A DNA stretch of 63,925 nt from an uncultured Opitutaceae bacterium (GCA_964429385.1 CAYSBR010000022.1:1-63925), one strand, 5' to 3'; counted from the stretch's first letter, positions 48,743-58,135 are shown. Program-made: numbers and translations. Notes: generated by a model not told the origin, from the sequence alone.

Positions 48743-51364
48743 ATGGAAGATCTCGATCTAGGCGCGACGTTGCGGGGATTCACCCCCGGGCAAAAAGTAT
48801 TCAACCGCTACAAGCTGACGCGGATCCTGGGCCGCGGCGGCATGGGCGTCGTCTGGCTGGCGCGGGATGAGGAGCTGGAGCGCGACGTGGCGTTGAAATT
48901 CCTGCCGGAGATCGTGGCGCTCGACCCCGAGGCGCTGGCCGATCTCAAGCGGGAGACCCGGCGCAACCTGGAGCTGACACATCCGCACATCGTGCGGATC
49001 TACGATTTTGTGTCGGATGGCCGCACGGCGGCGATCTCGATGGAATACGTCAACGGCGCATCGCTGTCGGCGCTCAAGCTGGAGCGGCCGGGCCGGGTGT
49101 TTGATCCGGCCGAATTGAAGCCCTGGGTGGAGCAGCTGTGCACGGCGCTGACCTATGCGCATACGCGGGCGAAGATCGTGCACCGCGATCTGAAGCCGGC
49201 GAACCTCATGGTGACGACGGAGGGCGAGCTGAAGATCACCGATTTCGGCATCGCGCGCGGTATCTCCGACAGTGTCAGCCGCGTCAGCGCGCAGCTGACC
49301 GGCAGCAGCGGGACGCCGGTTTATATGAGCCCGCAGCAGATGATGGGGGACAAGCCGGCGGTGGCGGACGATGTGTATGCGGTGGGCGCGACGCTGTATG
49401 AACTGCTGACCGGAAAGCCGCCTTTTTACTCCGGCAACATCATCCTGCAGGTGCAGAACAAGGCCCCCGATCCCATCAATGCGCGTCGGGGCGAGCACGG
49501 CATCACGGGAGCGCCGGTGCCGCGCGCCTGGGAGGAAACCATCGCGGCCTGTCTGGCGAAGGAGCCGGGTGAACGGCCCGCGAGCATGCAGGAACTGGCC
49601 GCGCGCCTGATGGAGAAATCCGGGGCTACCGGTCCGGCGGTCTCCGTGGGGGCGCCGTCCGCGCCGGTCGCAGCTCCGCCGAAACTGGAGACGCCGCTTC
49701 CGCCGAAGACACAGGGAGGGGATGGTATTTCCGGCGTGCGCCGCTGGCTGCTGGCTCCGTTGCTGGCGTCGTTGTTGCCGGCGCTGGCCGGAGTGATGTT
49801 CCTGATCACATGGCGGGGCACGGGGGGCTATCTCCTGTATTGGCCGCAGCTGCTGCGCGAAGTGGGAGTGGTGTTTTTGGCGGGGGTTCTTTTCGCCTAT
49901 GCGGCGTTTGTGGCGGTGCTCGGCGTGCGGCGTCTTTTCCAGGGCCGGGTGCGGCCGTTTTTGGTGGGGGGCGGCGCCGTGCTGGGCGGGTTGAGCGCGG
50001 CGGGGTGGGTTTTCCTGCTCGCCGGCAATCGGGCGCAATGGCTGGCGGACACAGTCGGACACGTCCTGTTTCGGGAGGAAATCGTCCTGGGCGGGCTGTT
50101 CGGAATCCTGACCGGTGCGGTCAGCGGCTTAATTCTGAAGCGAGTGGCGTTTGGTGTGCCGGCCGGCCGGCCCTGGTTGCTGGCGGGCGGCATTGCCGGC
50201 GGGGTTTTCGCCGGCATGGCGGGCTTTGGTTTTCTGTTGCCGCACCAGTTCAATCGGACGCTGCAGGACGAAAGCAGCCGGCAGGTGCAGGCCTGGGAAG
50301 AGACCGAGCGGAGCACGCGCGAGGCGGCGGAGCTGGAGGAGAAGCGCCGGGCGCAGCAGCATGCGCTGGTGCTGGAGGCGGCCCGGCAGCAGACGGCGGC
50401 GCAGCGCGCCGTGCGCGAGCAGGAGGTGCTCGGGCTGATCCGCGAGGCGCACCGCATGGTCTTTGACCGGGCGCCCAGTCAGGAGGTCATCACTCATTTT
50501 ACCGGATTGATGCTGGAGGATCCCAGCTGGGATGCGGCGCGGCTGCGGCAGGAACTGCGGTCCACGCCGGCGGGGCGCGATGGCGGCCGGTTGCTGGTGC
50601 CCGAGGAATTCCCCACGATCTCCGCGGCGGTGGAGGCGGCCCTGCCGGGCAACGCGGTGCATGTCGCACCGGGCACTTACCGGGAGAAGATCCGCATCGA
50701 GCAGGCCATCCGCCTCATTGGCGCGGGCCGCGATCGCGTGACGGTCGAGGTGCCGGCCGATCGCAACGCCTTGCAGATTATAAAGGCCGATGGCGTGGTG
50801 GTGCGCGGTTTCACCTTCCGCCACACCTCCACGGCCGATACCGAGCGGCGTTCCTACCTGGTCAGCTTCGAGACGAGCCGGGTGGATTTCGAGGACAACG
50901 CCGTGCTCCAGGGCAACGGGGCGGGCATCGGGCTTGGCACGGATTCCAAGGTGAACATCCGGCGCACGCTCGTGCGCGGCCACCGCTGGGCGGCGATTTC
51001 GGTGCTGGAGAATGCCAGCGGCCTGATTGCCGACAGTGTGATTGAGAACAGCCAGCTCGGCCTTTCCGTGCGCCACACGGTGCGCGCGCTGGAAGTCACC
51101 GGCAGCCAGTTTTCCGGCAATCAATGGCAGGGCCTCTGGCTGGCGGAGGGGGACAATATCACGCTGACGGACAACCGTATCTCCGGCAACGGCACCCCGG
51201 GGTCGAACTACGGCGGCCTGGGGGTCGGCAAGGGCCGGCCGGTGCTGCAGGGCAACGTGTCCCGCGACAACATCGGTCCGGGCATCTGGTGGCAGGAAAC
51301 GGCTCAGCCGGTCATCCGCTCCGGCAACCTCAACGACGGCACGGCGCTGGCGGTGACGCAGTAG
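48743..51364 (+). CDS. Ser/Thr protein kinase with multi-TM region, coiled coil, DUF4214-like segment and C-terminal right-handed parallel beta-helix repeats (STK3)
   Basis: Kinase head as other STKs; 6+ TM helices (aa ~330-540); C-term repeats ...NAVLQGNGAGIGLGTDSKVNIRRTLVRGHRWAAISVLENASGLIADSVIENSQLGLSV... typical PbH1. Confidence 0.9.
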   Translation: MEDLDLGATLRGFTPGQKVFNRYKLTRILGRGGMGVVWLARDEELERDVALKFLPEIVALDPEALADLKRETRRNLELTHPHIVRIYDFVSDGRTAAISMEYVNGASLSALKLERPGRVFDPAELKPWVEQLCTALTYAHTRAKIVHRDLKPANLMVTTEGELKITDFGIARGISDSVSRVSAQLTGSSGTPVYMSPQQMMGDKPAVADDVYAVGATLYELLTGKPPFYSGNIILQVQNKAPDPINARRGEHGITGAPVPRAWEETIAACLAKEPGERPASMQELAARLMEKSGATGPAVSVGAPSAPVAAPPKLETPLPPKTQGGDGISGVRRWLLAPLLASLLPALAGVMFLITWRGTGGYLLYWPQLLREVGVVFLAGVLFAYAAFVAVLGVRRLFQGRVRPFLVGGGAVLGGLSAAGWVFLLAGNRAQWLADTVGHVLFREEIVLGGLFGILTGAVSGLILKRVAFGVPAGRPWLLAGGIAGGVFAGMAGFGFLLPHQFNRTLQDESSRQVQAWEETERSTREAAELEEKRRAQQHALVLEAARQQTAAQRAVREQEVLGLIREAHRMVFDRAPSQEVITHFTGLMLEDPSWDAARLRQELRSTPAGRDGGRLLVPEEFPTISAAVEAALPGNAVHVAPGTYREKIRIEQAIRLIGAGRDRVTVEVPADRNALQIIKADGVVVRGFTFRHTSTADTERRSYLVSFETSRVDFEDNAVLQGNGAGIGLGTDSKVNIRRTLVRGHRWAAISVLENASGLIADSVIENSQLGLSVRHTVRALEVTGSQFSGNQWQGLWLAEGDNITLTDNRISGNGTPGSNYGGLGVGKGRPVLQGNVSRDNIGPGIWWQETAQPVIRSGNLNDGTALAVTQ

Positions 51365-51420
51365 GCGCAGCATGATCACAGCGGCAAAAAATCCCCCGCG
51401 CGCAGGCGCGTAAAACTTCC

Positions 51421-52236
51421 ATGAATACGCCGGGTAGCACGCTTTTCGAATGGACCGCCTTTTCCGACCTGGGGAAGCGGCGCAAGAACAACGAGGATGC
51501 GTGGGCGGCGTGGGCGCTCGGGGAGATCGTGGCCTGGATGCCGGCCGCGCCGCAGGTCTGGCCTGCCGCCGGTTTTTTGCTGGTGGTGAGCGATGGCATG
51601 GGCGGCGCGCTGGCCGGCGAGGTGGCGAGTGCGTTCTGCGCCAGCCGGATTGCCCGGGATTTGCATGTCCGGCGGAAGGAGCCGGATCGGGAAAAGGCCA
51701 TGCGCGAAGCATTTCTGGCCACGCATGAGGCGCTGATCGCGGAGGCGAGTGCCGATCCCACCCAGCATGGCATGGGAGCGACTCTGACCGTCCTGTGGCT
51801 GCTGGCGGACGGCGAGCTGATCTTCGGCCATATCGGGGACAGTCGTCTCTATGCGCGGCAGGACGGGGCGTGGCGGCTTCTGAGCGAGGATCAAAACGTG
51901 GGCGCCGGCATGATCCGGCGGGGCGAGATGACGGCGGCGGAGGTCAACCGGTTGCGTTATCGCTCGATGCTGGAGCAGGTGATGGGCGGCACCGGCGTGC
52001 CGTTATCGCCGCAGATCGGCCGCGGACGCTGGCAGCCGGGGGCGGCCTTTGCCCTTTGCTCGGACGGGTTGCACGGTCCTTTGGAACAGGGGTTGGAGGC
52101 GCGCTGGGAAACGGCCTGCTCCCGTGAGTCGCTGGAGGCGGGCGCCCGCGGGCTGGTGGACGAGGCGAACGAGGTGGGCGGTCCCGATAATATCACCGTG
52201 TTGCTGGCACGCTTCATGCCGGAAGCCCGGTTATGA
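51421..52236 (+). CDS. PP2C-family Ser/Thr protein phosphatase
   Basis: SDLGKRRKNNEDAW, VSDGMGGALAGEVAS, GHIGDSRLY, DNITVLLARF motifs (PPM metal-binding Asp residues). Confidence 0.85.
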   Translation: MNTPGSTLFEWTAFSDLGKRRKNNEDAWAAWALGEIVAWMPAAPQVWPAAGFLLVVSDGMGGALAGEVASAFCASRIARDLHVRRKEPDREKAMREAFLATHEALIAEASADPTQHGMGATLTVLWLLADGELIFGHIGDSRLYARQDGAWRLLSEDQNVGAGMIRRGEMTAAEVNRLRYRSMLEQVMGGTGVPLSPQIGRGRWQPGAAFALCSDGLHGPLEQGLEARWETACSRESLEAGARGLVDEANEVGGPDNITVLLARFMPEARL

Positions 52237-52610
52237 AAAACGACACTCTGCCCCGCGAACATCCGGCCGGCTCCGACTGGGAGCGGTTCCTGCGCGAGCG
52301 CAGTGCGCTGGGGTTGCCGGAGCTTGATCTGGCGATGCTCGGTCCGGGCGACCGTCTCGTGGTCGAGACCCTGCACACGCGCTACGGTTTTGAATGGAGC
52401 GAAGCCGACCGGGTGGAATTGACGACGAACCGCGCCGACCGCCCGAGAGGGCCGGTGCGTATTCAAGGGTGCGCATTTGGCCGCTCCAGCAGCATCAAGC
52501 CGCGGCATCTTTTTTGTGGCGGCAACCTGGAGTATCTTTCCGACAACGGGCGCCTAGTCCACCGCACCACGGCCATCCTCTCTCTCGTCCTGCTGCGCCG
52601 CAGCCGATGA
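52233..52610 (+). CDS. Small hypothetical protein translationally coupled between PP2C and STK4
   Basis: ATGA overlaps at both ends (52233-52236 and 52607-52610); 125 aa; no known domain. Confidence 0.4.
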   Translation: MKNDTLPREHPAGSDWERFLRERSALGLPELDLAMLGPGDRLVVETLHTRYGFEWSEADRVELTTNRADRPRGPVRIQGCAFGRSSSIKPRHLFCGGNLEYLSDNGRLVHRTTAILSLVLLRRSR

Positions 52611-52642
52611 ACCGAGAAAAACCACCGCCTCTCATCCCGCAC

Positions 52643-55600
52643 ATGGACGATCTCGATCTCGGCGTCACCCTCAAGGGCTTCAGTCCCGGCCAGGTGGTTT
52701 TCAAACGCTTCACGCTTCAGCGCATTCTCGGTCGCGGGGGCATGGGCGTGGTGTGGCTGGCGCGGGATGAGGATCTGGAGCGCAACGTGGCGCTGAAGTT
52801 CCTGCCCGAGGTCGTGGCGCTCGATCGGGAGTCCGTGGCCGAGCTTAAACGCGAGACCCGGCGGAATCTCGACCTCACGCACCCGCACATCGTGCGCATT
52901 TACGATTTCATGCAGGATGCCGTCGCCGCGGCGATCTCAATGGAGTATGTCAACGGAGCTTCGCTCTCGGCATTGAAGGTGGATCAGGCCGCCGGCTTTT
53001 TTCCGCTGGCCGATGTGGTGCGGTGGGCGACCCAGCTCTGCGAGGCGCTGAGTTATGCGCATGGTTCGGCGAGGGTCGTGCATCGCGACCTCAAGCCCGC
53101 CAACCTCATGATTGATGCCGCCGGGGATCTGAAGGTCACGGATTTCGGCATTGCCTGCAGCATTGCGGACAGCGTCTCGCGGGTCTCGAAAGACATCGGC
53201 TCCTCCGGCACGCCGCTCTACATGTCGCCGCAGCAGATGATGGGCGAGCGCCCTACGCCGGCGGATGACATCTATTCACTGGGCGCCACGCTCTACGAAT
53301 TACTGGCGGGGAAACCGCCGTTCTACACGGGTAACATCATCCTGCAGGTGCAGAGCAAGACTCCGCCTTCGCTGGCCGAGCGTCGGCGGGAGTTGCAATT
53401 GCAAGCCGGGGAGGTGATCCCGGCCGAGTGGGAGATGGTGCTGGCCGCCTGTCTGGCCAAGGACCCGGCGGCGCGCCCGCCCTCCATCGCCGCGGTGGCG
53501 GCGCGCTTGAATCTGGCGGGCTCCTTTACGGCCTTTGTTCCCGCCGCGCCGGTGGCGTCTGCGGTCCCGCCCGAGCATCCGGTGGCGATCGCCGATGCGG
53601 CGCCGGTCAAGACGGCTGCGCCCGTGGCGGCGACGTCCGCACCGCGCCGGCCCAAGGGCGTGGTTTTCTGGGCCGGTCTGGCGGCGGGCATCCTCGTCGT
53701 TGCCGGGGCGGCCTACTGGCTCGGTGACGGCCCCAATCGTCTCAAGGCGGCGCAACGCATGAAGACGGCGCAGCAAGCGCTCTTCGCCGCGGATTGGCCC
53801 GCCGCCCTTATGGCCCTGCGCGATGCGGCATCACTGCGCCCGACGGATGCTGAATATCGCCGTGAGTTTGACGAGGCCCAGCGTCGTTGGGTCGAAATGG
53901 TGGAGCGGGAAATCCGCGACCTGGCGCCGCGGGCGGCGCATGACCGGCTGGTCAGCCGGGCCGAGGCCGCCATCGCTCTCGTCGAGCCGTACGCCGAAAC
54001 CTTTCGCCGGATGAGCACCCAGGCCGCGCACGCTGCGCGCGCCCTGGTGCAGAAGGCGGTGGACGAGGCGCGGGCATTGGGCGAGGAGTGGGAGCATGAC
54101 GCCGCCCTGGCGCGCCTGGACGAAGTGCGGGCTCATGCCGCCCTGCTGCCGGGTTTTGCCGATATTGAGCAGGGGTTGCGGCGGGATCGCGTGCGGGGTG
54201 GGATCGCCCAGGCGTGGGAGCAGGTGTATGAATGGAAATTTGCCGAGGCTTATGCGACGCTGGAGCCACTTCGCGCGGATGCCGCTCTCGCGGGGGATGA
54301 GTATGCCACCGTCTGGCAACAGGCCAGGGAGGTGGAGGTATTGGCCCGACTGGAAGAGGTGGAGCTGCTGGCCGGGTCACATCGCTACGGCGAGGCCCTG
54401 ATTGTGCTGACGCAGCTGCGGGCAGGAGATATTCTCCTGCACGAAGTGGAACGTAGCACGGCGTCGGTCAAGGCACTCGCCCAGGCTTTCAGTGTGGACC
54501 GGTTGTCGCGCGCCCTGATCGCGGGGCAGGCCGCCGAGGTGGAGGCGGCGTTGCAGGATTATGCGCGCTTCATCGAATCCCGTTTCGCGGTGACCGGGGC
54601 GGAGTTGACCGGCAGCCGGGATCTCCAGACTTTCCTGCGTTTCCTGGAAGAATTGCGCATGCGGCCGAAGGCCGGCGAGCCGCGGACGGATGGCCGGGAT
54701 ATCGCGCTGGTGTCGGCGGTGCGCGCGCGGTTTGCCGATGACGGAGCGGTGGCGCAATTTCTGCGCGAGGAGTTGTCCGGTTGGAGCCAAGTGGAGGAGC
54801 AGGCGGGCCGTCCGGGGCTGGCGCTTTATTTGCAAGCGGAGGCCGTTCGCGAAGGCGCCCCGGCGGATGCGGCGCGTGAAAACCGGTTGCGGGCGGCGCT
54901 CGCGGCCGATGTGGGCCTGCGGCTTTCCTGGGCGGCGGCCGACATCGAAGGCAAGGCCGCGGGTCCGTTGCGCACCGATGTCATCAAAGTCCTGCAGACA
55001 CGGGTGGAGCAGCGCCTCGCCCCGATCGCCCGGTTTGTATCCGCCAGCGACGGGCCGCGCACGTTGATGATCGCGACGGCGTTAAGCGGGCCGGCGGAGT
55101 CCGACAAACCCACGCGCCAACAGCGCACGGTGCGATACCAAAGCGGCACGCGGAATGTGACGAATCCCGATTATCAACAGCTTCAGGCGCAGTTGCGCTC
55201 CGCCGAGGACGAGGTGGCCCGGATGCAGAACGGCCTCGCGGCCGTGCGGGCGGAGGCCCAGCGGCAGGCGCAGCAGGCGGCGAACAGCGGCAATACCAAC
55301 TCGGCCATGGCGGCTTCGCTGTCGGGCGGCATTGGGATTACTCTGGCCCAGAACAATCTCAACCGGGCGGTCAACCACCGGAACGCGGTGCGCAATAATC
55401 TGCGCGACACCTCACGGACCCTGAGTGAGCCGACCTATGCCGACGAGCCTTACGATGTGGTCACCCATAATGTCACGTATTCCGCCGCGCTGACGGCCAT
55501 GCCGCAGGGCGCCCGCAGTCCCGCCCGGTGGACCGCGCAATTCGCGCACCAGACCACCGAGATCACAGGCAACGCCGCGCGCGGCGTTCCGGTGCAGGCG

Positions 55601-55873
55601 CCCGTGTATCCCGGCGCGGCGGAGATCAACCGGCGGCTGGCGGAACAACTGGTGGCACGCGTGGGCGATCTGGCGTCTTTGGAACGGAGCCTGGCGACGG
55701 CGGGCTTTGCCCTGATCAAGGAACAGGCGCCGTGGGGCAACGCGTCCGCTTTGGATCTGGCCGACGATCAGTGGGGGCTGCTCCTGCTTTGGCGCTCGCT
55801 CACGATTGAGCCGGGGGAAGCCGCCGAAATCGAGCAGGGGGTGAGGCTTGCGCTCGGGTTGCCGTCACGGTGA
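52643..55873 (+). CDS. Ser/Thr protein kinase with one TM and ~750-aa alpha-helical C-terminal region (STK4)
   Basis: Kinase head as other STKs (MDDLDLGVTLKGFSPGQ...); TM VVFWAGLAAGILVVAGAAYWL; alternative upstream start 52607 (MNREK...). Confidence 0.9.
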   Translation: MDDLDLGVTLKGFSPGQVVFKRFTLQRILGRGGMGVVWLARDEDLERNVALKFLPEVVALDRESVAELKRETRRNLDLTHPHIVRIYDFMQDAVAAAISMEYVNGASLSALKVDQAAGFFPLADVVRWATQLCEALSYAHGSARVVHRDLKPANLMIDAAGDLKVTDFGIACSIADSVSRVSKDIGSSGTPLYMSPQQMMGERPTPADDIYSLGATLYELLAGKPPFYTGNIILQVQSKTPPSLAERRRELQLQAGEVIPAEWEMVLAACLAKDPAARPPSIAAVAARLNLAGSFTAFVPAAPVASAVPPEHPVAIADAAPVKTAAPVAATSAPRRPKGVVFWAGLAAGILVVAGAAYWLGDGPNRLKAAQRMKTAQQALFAADWPAALMALRDAASLRPTDAEYRREFDEAQRRWVEMVEREIRDLAPRAAHDRLVSRAEAAIALVEPYAETFRRMSTQAAHAARALVQKAVDEARALGEEWEHDAALARLDEVRAHAALLPGFADIEQGLRRDRVRGGIAQAWEQVYEWKFAEAYATLEPLRADAALAGDEYATVWQQAREVEVLARLEEVELLAGSHRYGEALIVLTQLRAGDILLHEVERSTASVKALAQAFSVDRLSRALIAGQAAEVEAALQDYARFIESRFAVTGAELTGSRDLQTFLRFLEELRMRPKAGEPRTDGRDIALVSAVRARFADDGAVAQFLREELSGWSQVEEQAGRPGLALYLQAEAVREGAPADAARENRLRAALAADVGLRLSWAAADIEGKAAGPLRTDVIKVLQTRVEQRLAPIARFVSASDGPRTLMIATALSGPAESDKPTRQQRTVRYQSGTRNVTNPDYQQLQAQLRSAEDEVARMQNGLAAVRAEAQRQAQQAANSGNTNSAMAASLSGGIGITLAQNNLNRAVNHRNAVRNNLRDTSRTLSEPTYADEPYDVVTHNVTYSAALTAMPQGARSPARWTAQFAHQTTEITGNAARGVPVQAPVYPGAAEINRRLAEQLVARVGDLASLERSLATAGFALIKEQAPWGNASALDLADDQWGLLLLWRSLTIEPGEAAEIEQGVRLALGLPSR

Positions 55874-55999
55874 GCCTTGCGCCGCATTCCGTGCGAAGCT
55901 TCGGTGTTTCCCTTCGTGACTCCGGCGCAGTACGTGGAGCGCCGGCATTTTTCCGGCTGCGCGCTTGACGGCGGGGCGGATTGCGGGAGGCCTTGGCTC

Positions 56000-56242
56000 A
56001 TGGCCACGCCCACCGAGGAAAACTTCAAGGATTACAAGAAAGCCGAGCAGAAGGCGATTGAGCTGATGCGCGCGATGCAGGAGACGAGCGCGAGGAAGAC
56101 GGATATCGAGCTGGCGTTGCTCGTGGCCGTCTTCGAGCTGCACAAGGGTGTGGTGCCGCCCGAGACCGTGGGGGCGATCGTGCAGGGTCATCTGAAGCAG
56201 ATCATCCCGTTCTACACGGCGAAGATGTCGCCGGCGGGATGA
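56000..56242 (+). CDS. Small hypothetical protein
   Basis: MATPTEENFKDYKKAEQKAIELMRAM...; 80 aa; weak evidence. Confidence 0.3.
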   Translation: MATPTEENFKDYKKAEQKAIELMRAMQETSARKTDIELALLVAVFELHKGVVPPETVGAIVQGHLKQIIPFYTAKMSPAG

Positions 56243-56246
56243 ACCT

Positions 56247-58070
56247 TCATCCGGCCAGGGGATGGGGGAGGGTCAGGACAAAGCAGGCGCCGCCGCCGGG
56301 AGCGTCTTCGTAGCGGAGGTCGCCCCCCGTTTGCTGGGCGCAGCAGCGGGCGAGATAAAGCCCGAGGCCGTGGGCCGCCTCGCCGCCGGTGGGCGGTGTG
56401 CCGAGCGTGGTGAATTTTTCAAACATGCGGTCGCGCCGCGCGGGCGGGATGCCCGGGCCGGTGTCGGCGACCCGGAGTTCGACCCCGTCGGGAGTCGTTG
56501 CCGCCGCGAGGGTGATCCGCCCGCCCCGCGGGGTGTATTTCAATGCGTTGGAGAAAAGATTCTCGAAGGCGCGTTCGACGTAGAGCACGGGGCCCAGCCA
56601 GTCTTCGTTGCCGATGATGGGCGTGACTTCGACTTCGATGCCCTTCGCCGTCAGGGTGCTGGCATGGGTTTCCTGGGTGGAGGCAAAGAGAGCGGCGAAA
56701 TCCACATGTCCGGGCCGGGCCTGCAAGGTGCCGCTTTCGATGGCCTCCAGATCGAGAAGCGTGCGGGTGAGATCAAGCATCTGGCGTTGATTCACAATCA
56801 AGGCGCGGGTGCCCGCCGTGACGTTGTCGGCGTCCTGCGGGGCGGCGGCGATGTCCTCGATCAGGGCCAGCGCCGAGGAGAGGGGGGAGCGCAGATCGTG
56901 GGCGATGAGTCCGATGATGTCGGACTTTTCCTTGTTGAGGGCTTCCAGCCGGCGGTTCTGTTCCTGGATCCGGTTGGTGAAGGCTTCCGCTTCCTCGCGG
57001 CGCTGCCGTTCATGCAAGGCGTCGCGCCGGGCCTGCTCCGCCTCAAACACCACCTGCAGGCGTTCGATCCGCCGGCGGGATTCCTCCTTTTGCAGATCCT
57101 GGAGCAGGGTGGAGGAGCGTTTGAGTTCCTGATAAGCCTCGGCGTGCTGCCCGGCGGCGTGCCGGACTTGGGCGAGATACTCGCGCGCGCGGATTTCCAC
57201 CTCGGGCGCCTTGGTTTCAAGCGCGGCCGCCAGGGCGGATTCGAGTTCGGTCTGGGCGGCCGTCAGGTCCCGGGCGGAGTTGGCTTCGGCGGCCAGCCAC
57301 ATGCCGAGATTGAGCCGGTGGTAGAAACGCAGTTCGGGTGAAGGGTGCGCCTGGATGAGCGCGGCGATTTCATCCAGCGTCTGCCGGGCGGCTTCGAACT
57401 GGCCCAGATCGCGTTGCACGCCGGAAAGACTGCAGAGGCTGAGTGCGAGGCTCCAGCTGTCGCCCAACTGGCGCTTGCCCGCGGCGGCCTGGGTGAAGAG
57501 TTCGGCGCATTGCGGCAGGTCGCGGCCGAGATCCCAGCTGGTCTGGGCAAGATTGTGGCGGGTCTGGGCGAGGGCCTGGGCGTTGGTCTGGATGCCCGGG
57601 TGCGCGAGCACGTCGCGGTAGATTTTCAAGGCGCCCTCGCGATCGCCTTGCGAGTGCATGACCATGGCGAGATTCCCGCTGGCCCGGATCCGGCCGTCCT
57701 CGTCCCCCTGCGCTTCGGCCTGGCGGATCGAGGTGTGAAACTGCTCCAGGGCGGCGCGGTCATCGCCCAAGGCGTGATACTGCAGGCCGAGGAGATTGTG
57801 GCATTGGGTGACGATATTTTGGTGATCAGCGACCCGGGCGAGGGCGAGGCTGGCCTGGATATCCCGGATGCTGTCCCCGTGGCGGGAATCGCGTTGGGCG
57901 AGGGTGGCCCGGGAAAGCAGGGCCTGGGCGTGGGCGGCCGGCTCCGCGGACGTCACCTCGCCCAACACCTCCTCGACGAGCTTGCGGGCGGTCGCGGGGT
58001 CGCGGCGCACCAGCAGGTGGGCCTGCCGGGCGCGTTCCAGCAGCGGGGAGGAAGGGGGATTTGCGGACAT
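56247..58070 (-). CDS. Cytoplasmic sensor histidine kinase with N-terminal TPR repeats
   Basis: TPR-like repeats in N-terminal 330 aa, coiled coil, HisKA (IAHDLRSPL), HATPase_c (N-box NLFSNALKYT, G1 DTGPGI, G2 GLGLYLAR); no TM. Confidence 0.85.
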   Translation of the reverse strand: MSANPPSSPLLERARQAHLLVRRDPATARKLVEEVLGEVTSAEPAAHAQALLSRATLAQRDSRHGDSIRDIQASLALARVADHQNIVTQCHNLLGLQYHALGDDRAALEQFHTSIRQAEAQGDEDGRIRASGNLAMVMHSQGDREGALKIYRDVLAHPGIQTNAQALAQTRHNLAQTSWDLGRDLPQCAELFTQAAAGKRQLGDSWSLALSLCSLSGVQRDLGQFEAARQTLDEIAALIQAHPSPELRFYHRLNLGMWLAAEANSARDLTAAQTELESALAAALETKAPEVEIRAREYLAQVRHAAGQHAEAYQELKRSSTLLQDLQKEESRRRIERLQVVFEAEQARRDALHERQRREEAEAFTNRIQEQNRRLEALNKEKSDIIGLIAHDLRSPLSSALALIEDIAAAPQDADNVTAGTRALIVNQRQMLDLTRTLLDLEAIESGTLQARPGHVDFAALFASTQETHASTLTAKGIEVEVTPIIGNEDWLGPVLYVERAFENLFSNALKYTPRGGRITLAAATTPDGVELRVADTGPGIPPARRDRMFEKFTTLGTPPTGGEAAHGLGLYLARCCAQQTGGDLRYEDAPGGGACFVLTLPHPLAG

Positions 58071-58135
58071 GCGGGAACTCCTTCATTCAGGAGTTCCCGT
58101 CCCGGTTCAAGCGGGTCTTTGGCCGATCTGCTGAT

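Noticed and set aside
36543-52899. Conserved ~60-aa antisense ORFs (MCGCVSS.RRVSRL...TTPMPPRP...) inside the 5' region of each kinase gene (36543-36725, 42500-42682, 48808-48990, 52717-52899)
   Set aside because: Their conservation is a by-product of the near-identical kinase-head sequence on the opposite strand. Ser/Arg-rich, no start-site context.
56228-56250. Short hairpin ggatgaa-cc-ttcatcc at the convergent junction of the 56000..56242 ORF and the histidine kinase
   Set aside because: It overlaps both stop codons and is only a 7-bp stem with no U-tract. It is too weak to call a terminator.
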